Origin: Escherichia phage SP27
Reading direction: 5' to 3' (one strand)
DNA: 64,000 bases
Sequence record: LC494302.1
Under the pieces are notes generated by a model. The model searched no databases, was not told where the DNA came from, and saw nothing but the letters and a program-made list of their open reading frames with translations. Positions 21,911 through 30,248 of the stretch are shown here, piece after piece; positions within the stretch are counted from its first letter, which is position 1, and every line of letters begins with the position of its first letter. A program made the position numbers and the translations under genes.

Positions 21911-22332
21911 GAGGCTATAATAAGATTTGTATTTTTGTATTTTTAGTTTGTGCATTCAATTCGTTTGGTTACTACTGTACAGAAAATAATATTTCATATG
22001 GTTTAAATCCTTTGTGGTTTACAATTTCCAATGTAGCACAAATTGGTATTGCTCTTATGTCTGCACTTATGTTCTGTCCAATTGTCACTATGGATACGGA
22101 TCATGAAAGGCTTGGATTTCTCCGTGATACTGGAGACGAACCTTACAGTAGATTGATTGTGTTGTATCCATTTATTGTTATTTTAGGTACTAACATCCAA
22201 CTTGGGTCATTATCTAATAGTGTTACATCAGCAGCTATTGCTATATTTGCATTCACATTTTTTATGGTACACAAATCAGTACTTAATTGGTATATCACAA
22301 AAATGGCAGAAGAAGGTACTAAAAATACTTGA
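21907..22332 (+). CDS. multi-pass membrane protein
   Basis: 141 aa, ATGA coupling, ~4 hydrophobic helices. Confidence 0.65.
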   Translation: MRGYNKICIFVFLVCAFNSFGYYCTENNISYGLNPLWFTISNVAQIGIALMSALMFCPIVTMDTDHERLGFLRDTGDEPYSRLIVLYPFIVILGTNIQLGSLSNSVTSAAIAIFAFTFFMVHKSVLNWYITKMAEEGTKNT

Positions 22333-22357
22333 CATAATTTAGTATGTTATATATAAT
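22329..22357 (+). promoter_or_regulatory. sigma70-like early promoter
   Basis: TTGACA-17 nt-TATAAT overlapping stop of 21907..22332. Confidence 0.65.
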
Positions 22358-22391
22358 TATTTTGTTAAAAACAAATTAGAGTAAGGAACTT

Positions 22392-22643
22392 ATGAACATC
22401 GATACGGTCAAAGAACTTAGTGCTGCACTAATTAAGAATGAAGAAGTTTGTGAAGAACTTCGCAGTACTATCAAAGTTGAGTACGCACGACTCCAAGGTA
22501 TGCTTCAAGAATCAGAATGGGTAGTAACTAAATCTATCGAAGCAATCTATAAGGATATCGAATCCCTTTTCAACAAGAAAAGTAAGATTGAATCTGATTC
22601 ATATAACAAACGTAAAGAGTTATCTACTGCACTTGGTATCTAA
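22392..22643 (+). CDS. hypothetical protein
   Basis: 83 aa, AAGGAA SD. Confidence 0.65.
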   Translation: MNIDTVKELSAALIKNEEVCEELRSTIKVEYARLQGMLQESEWVVTKSIEAIYKDIESLFNKKSKIESDSYNKRKELSTALGI

Positions 22644-22649
22644 AAGTAT

Positions 22650-22678
22650 TTGACATAACAAATAATATGGAGTACAAT
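22650..22678 (+). promoter_or_regulatory. sigma70-like early promoter
   Basis: TTGACA-17 nt-TACAAT. Confidence 0.65.
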
Positions 22679-22717
22679 GTGCTCCTAATTTAATTATCAG
22701 CTAGAAAGGAAAACATT

Positions 22718-22978
22718 ATGAAATCTATTCTCGTTGCAGTTAACCTAGTTGCTTCCCCATCTTTCAACTTCAAACAAGTGGTTGCTGATAATCTGAAGAA
22801 GATCTGTCCAAACGCTGAATTAACTTTCTGTGTGTTTGATTCAGAAAAAGTAACTAAAGTTGATCTAAACTATCTTTTGAACGAAGTAAAAAGCGTTTCT
22901 GGTGAAAGTAACTTAAAAGTTCTTCATGATATTGCTGATGATTATGATGATACACTTGTAATTTCGGAGAAATTCTAA
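22718..22978 (+). CDS. hypothetical protein
   Basis: 86 aa, AAAGGAAA SD. Confidence 0.65.
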   Translation: MKSILVAVNLVASPSFNFKQVVADNLKKICPNAELTFCVFDSEKVTKVDLNYLLNEVKSVSGESNLKVLHDIADDYDDTLVISEKF

Positions 22979-22983
22979 ATAAA

Positions 22984-23403
22984 ATGTTTAGATTTCTTCA
23001 GTACTTAATCATTAAATTTTTTGGCTATTATACGATTGAAGGCAAAGCTACACTCGCACATAGAATCTTTGTAGCATTATGTACGGGTGATTATGACGTA
23101 TTGAATAAGTACTGTAAATCTAAAGCATGTATTGATATAATGGCACTTCGTATCTATGAGTGCCGTTCCAATAGATACAATTTTTACCAATACAGATTTG
23201 ATGAAAAAGAATTTGATAGCATCAAAATGCTTAAGAATTTATGTAACAATAAAAAGAATATGCATATATCAGAATTTGTTGCTTTGTATTTTTATTTAAA
23301 AAGTTCATTGTATATGAACACAATGCAAAGATTCGATACTAGAATTAATGTATTCACCGATAAAGAATTTTATATATACGATAAATTCTTAGATAAGGTT
23401 TAA
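22984..23403 (+). CDS. hypothetical protein
   Basis: 139-aa ORF, weak SD. Confidence 0.55.
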   Translation: MFRFLQYLIIKFFGYYTIEGKATLAHRIFVALCTGDYDVLNKYCKSKACIDIMALRIYECRSNRYNFYQYRFDEKEFDSIKMLKNLCNNKKNMHISEFVALYFYLKSSLYMNTMQRFDTRINVFTDKEFYIYDKFLDKV

Positions 23404-23404
23404 T

Positions 23405-23902
23405 ATGACAACTGTTTATATTGATAAACGATTAAATTTATTGATTACCGATTCTAGAGTTACGTCAACTATACCACGAAACTTATTTGGTTTTTTCCCA
23501 CTAAGACCAAAATATCAATATGGAGTTGTTAATCAAAAAACTTTATATGTACATGACCGTTTATTCAGTGCTAGTGGGGTAGTAAGTGAAATTGATAAAG
23601 TACTGGATTGGTTAATTAATAAAGTACCAGTTATACCTGACAGAAAGTTAAGTTGCCATTGTGTGCTTCTTTCTAAAGATTATGTTATTCATATGATTTT
23701 AACTAAAGGAAAGTTTATTAAAAAACTTGAATATCTACATGAAGACTACACTTTCTTTATGGGAAGTGGTGGAGAATACATGCTAGATGCTGCTATTCAT
23801 GAAGAACATACAACTTTATATGATAAAGTGTTTAGTACTTTCATGGATGTGCACAACCATGATTGCTTCACAGATGATAATATTAATGTATATCGATTTT
23901 GA
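23405..23902 (+). CDS. possible HslV/proteasome-beta-like Ntn hydrolase
   Basis: Starts MTT (Thr after Met), later FMGSGGEYM resembles HslV GSGG motif; similar size (165 aa); weak by-eye similarity only. Confidence 0.5.
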   Translation: MTTVYIDKRLNLLITDSRVTSTIPRNLFGFFPLRPKYQYGVVNQKTLYVHDRLFSASGVVSEIDKVLDWLINKVPVIPDRKLSCHCVLLSKDYVIHMILTKGKFIKKLEYLHEDYTFFMGSGGEYMLDAAIHEEHTTLYDKVFSTFMDVHNHDCFTDDNINVYRF

Positions 23903-23923
23903 TTTCGTCATTAGGAGATGTAA

Positions 23924-24889
23924 GTGAAAAAGCTTGATTTAAATACAATTGCCGAAGAAGTTCTGGATGAATGTTTTGCTAATGAAGAAGTCAACACACT
24001 AGAAGCCTTAGATTTCGTTGAAGATAAAGATGATAATGAAGGTAAAGTACAAAGCAGTTTCAAATATAATATTACACTTAAGCGACCACCAAATGTTTCC
24101 AATGAAGATCTAATTCGTGATATTCAAGCTGGTATCAATGTAAAGAAAAACACTGAACTGTTAGTTCGTTACAATTATGGACTGATTATTGATGTAGCAA
24201 GTAAATGTACTTGTTATATCCCATTTGAAGATAAGATTTCATATGGTGTTGAGGGGTTCATGAGAGCACTAAAAACCTTTGATCTTAATAAGAATGTTAA
24301 GTTCATTACCTATGCTTCTTCTAGTATTTACATGACAGTCTATAACGAAAGTTCTGACGCTAACTATATGGTACACTTCCCACGTTATATGAGTGTTCAT
24401 AAGATCAAAGTAAAAAGATTCTGCCAGGAATATATGCGTAAACATGGTGTTCGCCCAACACCTGAAATAATCTCAGAGGGTACTGGGATTGAGATTCAGC
24501 ATGTTAATAATTGTTTATTATTTCAAAGCGAATACACTTCACTGGATGCACCATTAGACGGTGTTACAGATGGTACATTAGGTGACATTATTCATTCACC
24601 TGCTTCTGATTTTAACCTCAATGTTGATAGTATCCGTGCACCTTTACGTTATGCTATCAATGAACTGACTAACGAATTGAGTACTAAAGAACGTGAGATT
24701 ATCCAGCGTGTTCATGGTCTAGGTGAATATGAACCTGAAACGCTTCGTGAGATTGCTGATAATGGTTTTGTTGATGATAATGGAAAATATGTTAAATCCC
24801 GTTCATCAATACACCGAAAGTACAGTGAAGCTATGCAAAAGCTTAAGAAGTTAGTACTTGCAAAAGGGTACGAATACGAAGATTTCTAA
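23924..24889 (+). CDS. sigma-70 family RNA polymerase sigma factor
   Basis: 321 aa; region-2-like YNYGLIIDVASK...EGFMRALKTFD...FITYASSSIY, region-4-like LSTKEREIIQRVHGLG...TLREIAD; GTG start behind AGGAG. Confidence 0.8.
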   Translation: MKKLDLNTIAEEVLDECFANEEVNTLEALDFVEDKDDNEGKVQSSFKYNITLKRPPNVSNEDLIRDIQAGINVKKNTELLVRYNYGLIIDVASKCTCYIPFEDKISYGVEGFMRALKTFDLNKNVKFITYASSSIYMTVYNESSDANYMVHFPRYMSVHKIKVKRFCQEYMRKHGVRPTPEIISEGTGIEIQHVNNCLLFQSEYTSLDAPLDGVTDGTLGDIIHSPASDFNLNVDSIRAPLRYAINELTNELSTKEREIIQRVHGLGEYEPETLREIADNGFVDDNGKYVKSRSSIHRKYSEAMQKLKKLVLAKGYEYEDF

Positions 24890-24897
24890 AGAACAAG

Positions 24898-24923
24898 GGT
24901 TGGCTTATGCCAACCTTTTTTTT
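24898..24923 (+). terminator. intrinsic terminator of sigma gene
   Basis: GGTTGGC-TTAT-GCCAACC then T8. Confidence 0.75.
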
Positions 24924-24944
24924 ATGGGATGAAGTAAAAGTTTG

Positions 24945-24953
24945 TGATATAAT
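24945..24953 (+). promoter_or_regulatory. extended -10 promoter candidate
   Basis: TGATATAAT, no clear -35; precedes ORF-free structured region. Confidence 0.4.
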
Positions 24954-24959
24954 TATCTT

Positions 24960-25445
24960 GTACAATTCTGTTGGCATGATATTCATGTACCTGATCCACT
25001 CGAAAACGTAGAGGGCAGTTGAGCAGTCCGACAGTGCGAACAGCAAAAGAAACCCGTTAGATGTGGGCATAGTTTGAACCCCTCACGGCAATGCGGCTGT
25101 ATAAAGAACCACGTTAGGATAGCTGGTGGTTCCTTGATAGACATATAAGGATAACACCTTACGAATTATCTAAGGGAGAGTTATCGAATTTTGTACAGGA
25201 AAGTTGCGTCCAAAATTTGAGTACTCACATTAAGTATTTGATTGCATAGATACTTAATGAAGATACACTATGTTTAAAAGTGTAGACCGTCATATGAAAC
25301 TGAAGTAGAGAGAAACAGGATGACCCGCTTTCGCACTCGTTATGAGTAATCTTCAATGCAATAGCTCTGATACCATCAGCGTCAAATTTCCCTCCTTGTG
25401 GGGGGAAGAAAAATCCCTTCCTCAAATCCCGTCAATATTAAAAGT
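24960..25445 (+). ncRNA. candidate large structured RNA (about 480 nt, class unknown; strand uncertain)
   Basis: Stops in all plus frames, GC higher than flanks, many nested stems (GAACCAC/GTGGTTC, GATAAC[CCTTA..TAAGG]GTTATC, TAAGTAT/ATACTTA, TTCCCTCC/GGGGGGAA). Confidence 0.35.
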
Positions 25446-25447
25446 CC

Positions 25448-25476
25448 TTGACAGTTATTAATCATTCGCGTAGAAT
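25448..25476 (+). promoter_or_regulatory. sigma70-like promoter
   Basis: TTGACA-17 nt-TAGAAT; drives 25541-26767 operon. Confidence 0.65.
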
Positions 25477-25540
25477 ACGTAGTATTAGAAGCGAACAGAC
25501 ATCTCGAAGAGATGGATGATTAACCATTAAGGAATATCAA

Positions 25541-25750
25541 ATGAATTCAGTAATCTTTTTAGTAGTCGCTTTCTCTGTTAATTCCGGTGTACAAATAACC
25601 CCAATGAATTCCATGAATCAATGCATAGCAGTACGTGATAGTACATACGAACAAGTAAACAAAGATATTTGGATTACAGTTAGTAAAGAACAAATGTGGT
25701 GTTACAATAGTAATACTAACACAAAGCTTATTGTAGGACAAACTCAATGA
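25541..25750 (+). CDS. small secreted/anchored protein
   Basis: 69 aa, AAGGAA SD, hydrophobic N-terminus. Confidence 0.55.
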   Translation: MNSVIFLVVAFSVNSGVQITPMNSMNQCIAVRDSTYEQVNKDIWITVSKEQMWCYNSNTNTKLIVGQTQ

Positions 25751-25977
25751 GTTATGGCGTTCGTTTTGAGATTCGTTCTATTGTCATCAATGCAGAGAAA
25801 CAAGTATCGTTGGATGGTGATATACGTGAAATTTATCTATCATGTATCCGTGCGAAATCTGAAGCAGATGCCTTAGTACAAATGTATAGTTTTAACTTTT
25901 CAAATGGATTCTATTTGGTACGAGTTATTGAAGTGAAAAAAGTACTTATTGGTTGTAGCATAGAAGGATTAATGTAA
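25747..25977 (+). CDS. small protein, SExDAL family
   Basis: ATGA coupling; IRAKSEADALVQMY resembles 30024 IRALSEVDALFKLF. Confidence 0.55.
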   Translation: MSYGVRFEIRSIVINAEKQVSLDGDIREIYLSCIRAKSEADALVQMYSFNFSNGFYLVRVIEVKKVLIGCSIEGLM

Positions 25978-25978
25978 A

Positions 25979-26767
25979 ATGAGCACTATAGATGAACTGA
26001 TTCGACGGAATTCAAAATATTACCAACCATCAGAAATTGTAGGTAACATTACCAAATCAGAGTTTGGTCCAAATACTCGAAAACTCATTCATGTAATGTC
26101 ACGTGATGGCTTTAAATGTGATTGTTGCGGTGAATCTAATGTAGTATTCACTTTACACAAGCACAGTACTAAAGATCGTTATAAATTCAGACCTTATGTA
26201 CTTAAAGGGAAACGCCTTGTACGCATGACGTTAGACCATAATGTACTGGACTGTCTTCAGGGCGGTAATGATAAAGAGAACATGACTGCACTGTGTGAAG
26301 ATTGTAACGCATTACGCCAGCATAAGTTTGCTGAATACAGTGAGTTTAAACACTGGTATCATAACGCGGATCGTTCAATCGAGCCTGACGTTAACTACTG
26401 CTTCATTGAGTACATTAAGAATGCCAAAGATACATACATTCTTAAATCAATGTCACCTATTACCGTGTTTCCTGAGAACCTATTCACTACATTAAAGAAT
26501 AGTTTTATTGTAGGTGATATTGATGCATTCAAGTATTTTGACAAAGGTGCAAAACATTTTGAAATTCAATGTCTTAGTACTGCACTATGTGAACTCATTA
26601 AAATTTACATAAAAGAGTATTTGGGTATTGACAATGTACGTGTACCAGAGTATACTTTTTCTATTGAATTCGATTGTGAATCAATCAAAGAGTTTGGAAT
26701 TCTTTTCAATAAACAAATAGAACTTGCAATTCAAAACGAAATCAAGTACTATACTACTAACATTTAA
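25979..26767 (+). CDS. HNH endonuclease (free-standing)
   Basis: CDCCG...TLDHNVLDCLQGGNDKENMTALCEDCNALRQ = Cys pairs plus H-N-N of the beta-beta-alpha-Me fold in the N-terminal half. Confidence 0.8.
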   Translation: MSTIDELIRRNSKYYQPSEIVGNITKSEFGPNTRKLIHVMSRDGFKCDCCGESNVVFTLHKHSTKDRYKFRPYVLKGKRLVRMTLDHNVLDCLQGGNDKENMTALCEDCNALRQHKFAEYSEFKHWYHNADRSIEPDVNYCFIEYIKNAKDTYILKSMSPITVFPENLFTTLKNSFIVGDIDAFKYFDKGAKHFEIQCLSTALCELIKIYIKEYLGIDNVRVPEYTFSIEFDCESIKEFGILFNKQIELAIQNEIKYYTTNI

Positions 26768-26782
26768 TCAGAGGAAATTATC

Positions 26783-26965
26783 ATGCAAATTATCATTCTT
26801 ATCGTTGGCATCATGCTGGGTGTTTACGGTCACTCCTGGATGAACGAGAAGTTTCCTAATACGCGTCCTGAGTATTGCAGTTCTAATGTATTCCAGAATG
26901 GTGAGAAACCAAAGGAAAGCATTGGTAAAAAGCTGGATAAAGTACTTGATGTGATCAATGAATAA
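26783..26965 (+). CDS. small membrane-anchored protein
   Basis: 60 aa, AGAGGAAA SD, N-terminal TM. Confidence 0.55.
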   Translation: MQIIILIVGIMLGVYGHSWMNEKFPNTRPEYCSSNVFQNGEKPKESIGKKLDKVLDVINE

Positions 26966-26975
26966 GGGCCATAAA

Positions 26976-27176
26976 ATGTTTAAACCGAATTCCAATGTTG
27001 GTAAGAAAGTTCAATTACTTGAAGATGTATCCACCATGAGTGGAATTTTCCCAAGAGGTCACATCATGACTATTATTGCCGAAACATCCCGTGGGTGGGA
27101 TTTGGAAGATGCTGATGGTAATCGCATCCTTGAGGCTGGATTCTATGGTCATCGTGAATATAAAATCGTTGATTAA
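26976..27176 (+). CDS. hypothetical protein
   Basis: Trimmed to ATG 26976 behind AAGGG; 26958 also possible. Confidence 0.55.
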   Translation: MFKPNSNVGKKVQLLEDVSTMSGIFPRGHIMTIIAETSRGWDLEDADGNRILEAGFYGHREYKIVD

Positions 27177-27185
27177 GGATACAAC

Positions 27186-27269
27186 ATGACTTTAGAGATT
27201 GTCTTTGGTATTGTTAGCTTAGTCGTCTGTGTGGGTTGGTTTGGGTATCTGATGATTTTTAGTGATTAA
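27186..27269 (+). CDS. 27-aa hydrophobic peptide
   Basis: AAGGA SD; own translation MTLEIVFGIVSLVVCVGWFGYLMIFSD. Confidence 0.45.
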   Translation: MTLEIVFGIVSLVVCVGWFGYLMIFSD

Positions 27270-27272
27270 TAC

Positions 27273-27300
27273 TTGACATAAGATATCAGTACTGTATAAT
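27273..27300 (+). promoter_or_regulatory. early promoter with CAGTACTG dyad in spacer
   Basis: TTGACA-taagataTCAGTACTG-TATAAT. Confidence 0.65.
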
Positions 27301-27345
27301 GTTTATATCAAACGAAATCCACTTTAACAAATGATAGGAAATATT

Positions 27346-27624
27346 ATGTCTTTTTCTAAAGAAGAACGTGACCTTATTAAAAAAGCAATTTGGTTTTATG
27401 CTAATGAAGGGAAGTGCGATGAAGAAAAAGCACGTGAACTGTGTAATATTCTTGAGAAGAAACAAGAACTGAAAGTGTATCGTATCCGTGATTTGGATGA
27501 AGGGGATCGTATTGTCCTAGCTGAAACAAAAGAAGAAGCAGAACAAATCTTCACTGATAAAAACGAAAATCCACATTGGATGGAAGAAGTCTGTGATGTT
27601 AAAAAAGGTACTTATATCGATTGA
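27346..27624 (+). CDS. hypothetical acidic protein
   Basis: Trimmed to ATG 27346 behind AGGAAA. Confidence 0.6.
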   Translation: MSFSKEERDLIKKAIWFYANEGKCDEEKARELCNILEKKQELKVYRIRDLDEGDRIVLAETKEEAEQIFTDKNENPHWMEEVCDVKKGTYID

Positions 27625-27649
27625 CAGTACTGAATAATAGCAGTATTAT
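27621..27649 (+). promoter_or_regulatory. promoter with GTACTGAAT abutting -35
   Basis: TTGACA-GTACTGAATaatagcag-TATTAT; overlaps stop of 27346..27624. Confidence 0.55.
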
Positions 27650-27662
27650 GTTTTATATAAAA

Positions 27663-27722
27663 GGGAATGCAGTGAAAGGAAAGACAGCATAATCGTACTC
27701 GTCACTGCGTTCCCGCCCTTTT
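27663..27722 (+). terminator. 13-bp hairpin plus T-run, just downstream of promoter 27621
   Basis: GGGAATGCAGTGA/TCACTGCGTTCCC (one G-U), 26-nt loop, then GCCCTTTT. Confidence 0.55.
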
Positions 27723-27743
27723 AAATTAAATGAGGAATTAACT

Positions 27744-28052
27744 ATGTTTCAAACTAACACTCAAGGTTTTGTAATCATCGATTTGAATCAAAACAGCGGT
27801 TATTGGATGAAACCTACTGACGCATGTATGCAGTTTGATTTTTTAGGTTACAGGATTAGTGTAAGTACTGGTGCTTCTGTACTGAGAGGTGGTTGTATCG
27901 TTGAACATCTGGTAACTGATCCAGAAGGTCGTGAGTATGAAATCGCAGGTTCAGTACAAGATGCCATTATGTTTGTATGTCAGCGTGAAATGAATGGTTC
28001 GAATTCAAATGCACTGACTCATGCTCTTTCTCAAGAAGTGGAGGTTCGTTAA
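27744..28052 (+). CDS. hypothetical protein
   Basis: 102 aa, GAGGAA SD. Confidence 0.65.
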   Translation: MFQTNTQGFVIIDLNQNSGYWMKPTDACMQFDFLGYRISVSTGASVLRGGCIVEHLVTDPEGREYEIAGSVQDAIMFVCQREMNGSNSNALTHALSQEVEVR

Positions 28053-28297
28053 TGAAATACATTGTAGCAGTACTCGTCGCATTTCTACTCACTGCATGTG
28101 ATGCTTCTACCAAAGAACGTACAAGTGATTTTGTTCTACCTGCTGAATTAAAAGAAGCAGGGTGTAAGATTTATCGTATGCAACAAGATGGTGCTGGTGC
28201 AACTTTATACACTGTGTACTGTCCTAATGCAAATACAAGTACTGGATACACTAGCGGTAAAACACGAATCAACACTTCCGTAATTCATGGAGAATAA
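28052..28297 (+). CDS. lipoprotein
   Basis: Signal peptide with lipobox LLTAC; TAATG coupling. Confidence 0.7.
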   Translation: MKYIVAVLVAFLLTACDASTKERTSDFVLPAELKEAGCKIYRMQQDGAGATLYTVYCPNANTSTGYTSGKTRINTSVIHGE

Positions 28298-28299
28298 CA

Positions 28300-28668
28300 A
28301 TGAGCCTTGATACAACACGTGCAGCAGATTTATTAACTCGTCTGAATGATGAAGAATATCTTGCTGAGATAAAGTACAAGCTTGACAAACTTGTTCGAAG
28401 TGCTGAAGTAATTGAAGTTGAAGGTCACTTACCGATGGATCAATACCATAGGTTCAAGGAAGATATGGTTTATTATCCTAATGAAATTTGGATTGAGTGG
28501 CAACATTGGACTAACAAAACTCTTCGCATTGAAGGGTATTGTGTGAAGTATGAAAGTTCACCTGGTGATGTTACAAAAACTCTATCAATTTGGTGTACAA
28601 AAACAAATGAACTCGTTGAGGTGAATTTGAATTATATGAATGGATTCCGTTGGGGTGATGTTAAATGA
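28300..28668 (+). CDS. hypothetical protein
   Basis: 122 aa, GGAGA SD. Confidence 0.65.
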   Translation: MSLDTTRAADLLTRLNDEEYLAEIKYKLDKLVRSAEVIEVEGHLPMDQYHRFKEDMVYYPNEIWIEWQHWTNKTLRIEGYCVKYESSPGDVTKTLSIWCTKTNELVEVNLNYMNGFRWGDVK

Positions 28669-28940
28669 TTAAAAAACTCTTGACTGGAATCATTGTGTGC
28701 AGTACAATGTTTCTTACAGCATGTAATGATGACGGCAGGTTTAGTGCAAAAGACTTAGTTCGTCAGGATTGTACATTCACAGGTAAGTCTTTTATTAACG
28801 AGTATGAAATATGTACACAATCAGGTCGTATCTGTGGTGGTTGGGAAAAACGTCAGGAGCGATTGTATGTATATGAATGCCCTGGACATCACAACAAAGT
28901 ACTAAGCACACACAAACTTGTTTATGATAAGGTTGAATAA
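28665..28940 (+). CDS. lipoprotein
   Basis: Signal peptide with lipobox FLTAC; ATGA coupling. Confidence 0.7.
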   Translation: MIKKLLTGIIVCSTMFLTACNDDGRFSAKDLVRQDCTFTGKSFINEYEICTQSGRICGGWEKRQERLYVYECPGHHNKVLSTHKLVYDKVE

Positions 28941-29155
28941 TGACTACCAATGAAATGATGCAGGTTATTTGGGATAAAGGTTGTGATATTAAAATCACTA
29001 GTACTGATGTTCGTGTATTCAAAACTGAATATATGGAGTACTTGGACCTTGATACTTATAATAATATTGTATCAATTGAACACAAAGGTGCAGTACTGGA
29101 AACCATTGACGTAGTACTCAAGAAAGCTACCGACCTATTAGGAGTGGCAGTGTGA
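28940..29155 (+). CDS. hypothetical protein
   Basis: 71 aa, TAATG coupling. Confidence 0.6.
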   Translation: MTTNEMMQVIWDKGCDIKITSTDVRVFKTEYMEYLDLDTYNNIVSIEHKGAVLETIDVVLKKATDLLGVAV

Positions 29156-29298
29156 ATAACAAAGAGTGGGAAGATTACCGCAAGAAGTGCAGGGAGTTTG
29201 ATAAAGAACTTACTGGTACAGTGAATGCAGTAATGTGGGTATCTGTAATTATTGCAGTTCTTGCGTTGGGTGCTATTATTATTAATAAATTATTCTAA
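29152..29298 (+). CDS. 48-aa C-terminally anchored membrane peptide
   Basis: GTGA overlap start, GGAG 7 nt upstream; own translation ...VMWVSVIIAVLALGAIIINKLF. Confidence 0.45.
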   Translation: MNNKEWEDYRKKCREFDKELTGTVNAVMWVSVIIAVLALGAIIINKLF

Positions 29299-29308
29299 GG
29301 CGAATATC

Positions 29309-29509
29309 ATGTTTACTTTATATCTCGCAGTAGTTCTCACCAATGGTGAAATCACTCGTACTATTGGTGAAGGTGTATATAAAACACCAGACCAGTGCTA
29401 CTCTGCCACTCATTGGCCTCGCGATAGTGGGGATGAAACTCGCACTGAATTCAAATGCATGAAAGTAAAAGGTGATTTTGTTAACCTTAAGGTTATCGAG
29501 GCGAAATAA
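29309..29509 (+). CDS. small secreted/anchored protein
   Basis: Tracked ORF trimmed to ATG 29309 (MFTLYLAVV...). Confidence 0.5.
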   Translation: MFTLYLAVVLTNGEITRTIGEGVYKTPDQCYSATHWPRDSGDETRTEFKCMKVKGDFVNLKVIEAK

Positions 29510-30027
29510 TGGATATTAATGAGTTGTTGAAATTAGTGTTTAATCGTGAACGCCGCGATACAAGACCAATTGAATATCAAGATGTGATACGCATTGAAAC
29601 TGATTTCTGTTATGGTAAAACAACTCATGACCTTTTGAATCTCTCTGGAAAACGCTATGCTGATGTTTGTTTTTCAGAGAGAAGTGATGGTTCAGAAATA
29701 ACGAGTACTGATATTGTTTGTTACGCACGCAGTGCTGATAAATCTTATGAAATAGAACTTATATATTCCCCTAGTTCTAAAACAAATCATCACCGCCATA
29801 TTTTATATGATGTTTATACACCACCTGGTATTGCTGAATATTTTGTTATTGATTATAGTACTGAAGAAAATGTGTTTCAACAAAGTTTGATTCATAACTT
29901 TGAGGTGAATGATCCATTAGTACCAAAGTTGTTCAAACTACTTGACACCATAGATGTTGATTTTGAATTTGTTATGTGCATTAGAACTTCTTTATTCAAT
30001 GAATTCATGGAACTTTTTAATATATGA
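29509..30027 (+). CDS. FQxST-motif family protein
   Basis: 172 aa; motif STEENVFQQSLIHN. Confidence 0.7.
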   Translation: MDINELLKLVFNRERRDTRPIEYQDVIRIETDFCYGKTTHDLLNLSGKRYADVCFSERSDGSEITSTDIVCYARSADKSYEIELIYSPSSKTNHHRHILYDVYTPPGIAEYFVIDYSTEENVFQQSLIHNFEVNDPLVPKLFKLLDTIDVDFEFVMCIRTSLFNEFMELFNI

Positions 30028-30245
30028 ATAGATACTATGTTGTGTATGAACACGTCTCTGAATTTAATAACATACGCGGGTTTTCCAGAGTAGTCACCAA
30101 GATGGATGTATTCATTCGTGCTCTTAGTGAAGTAGATGCACTGTTTAAATTGTTTGATGAAATTACAAAGTATAACACACCTAAAACACACCGCTATGTG
30201 GAAACTGTACATAGCATTATGCTAACTGAAAGTGATGAGGAATGA
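30024..30245 (+). CDS. small protein, SExDAL family
   Basis: 73 aa, ATGA coupling; IRALSEVDALFKLF. Confidence 0.55.
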   Translation: MNRYYVVYEHVSEFNNIRGFSRVVTKMDVFIRALSEVDALFKLFDEITKYNTPKTHRYVETVHSIMLTESDEE

Positions 30246-30248
30246 TAA

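Noticed and set aside
25015-25335. Local resemblance to RNase P RNA conserved regions (GAGCAGTCCGAC, CAGTGCGAACAGCAAAAGAAACCCG, CATATAAGGATA, ACAGGATGACCCGCTTTCG, in CR-I/II/IV/V order)
   Set aside because: I could not form the obligatory P4 helix between the CR-I-like and CR-V-like segments, and the GGAAA of CR-I is missing. This is likely chance similarity, so no RNase P call was made.
24945-26767. Group I intron or HEARO/omega-RNA-type element associated with the HNH gene
   Set aside because: The sigma gene ends cleanly with a stop and terminator, so there are no split exons. I found no P7/R-S type pairing. The HNH protein is 262 aa without RuvC segments, so it is not IscB-like. The region is kept only as an unclassified structured-RNA candidate.
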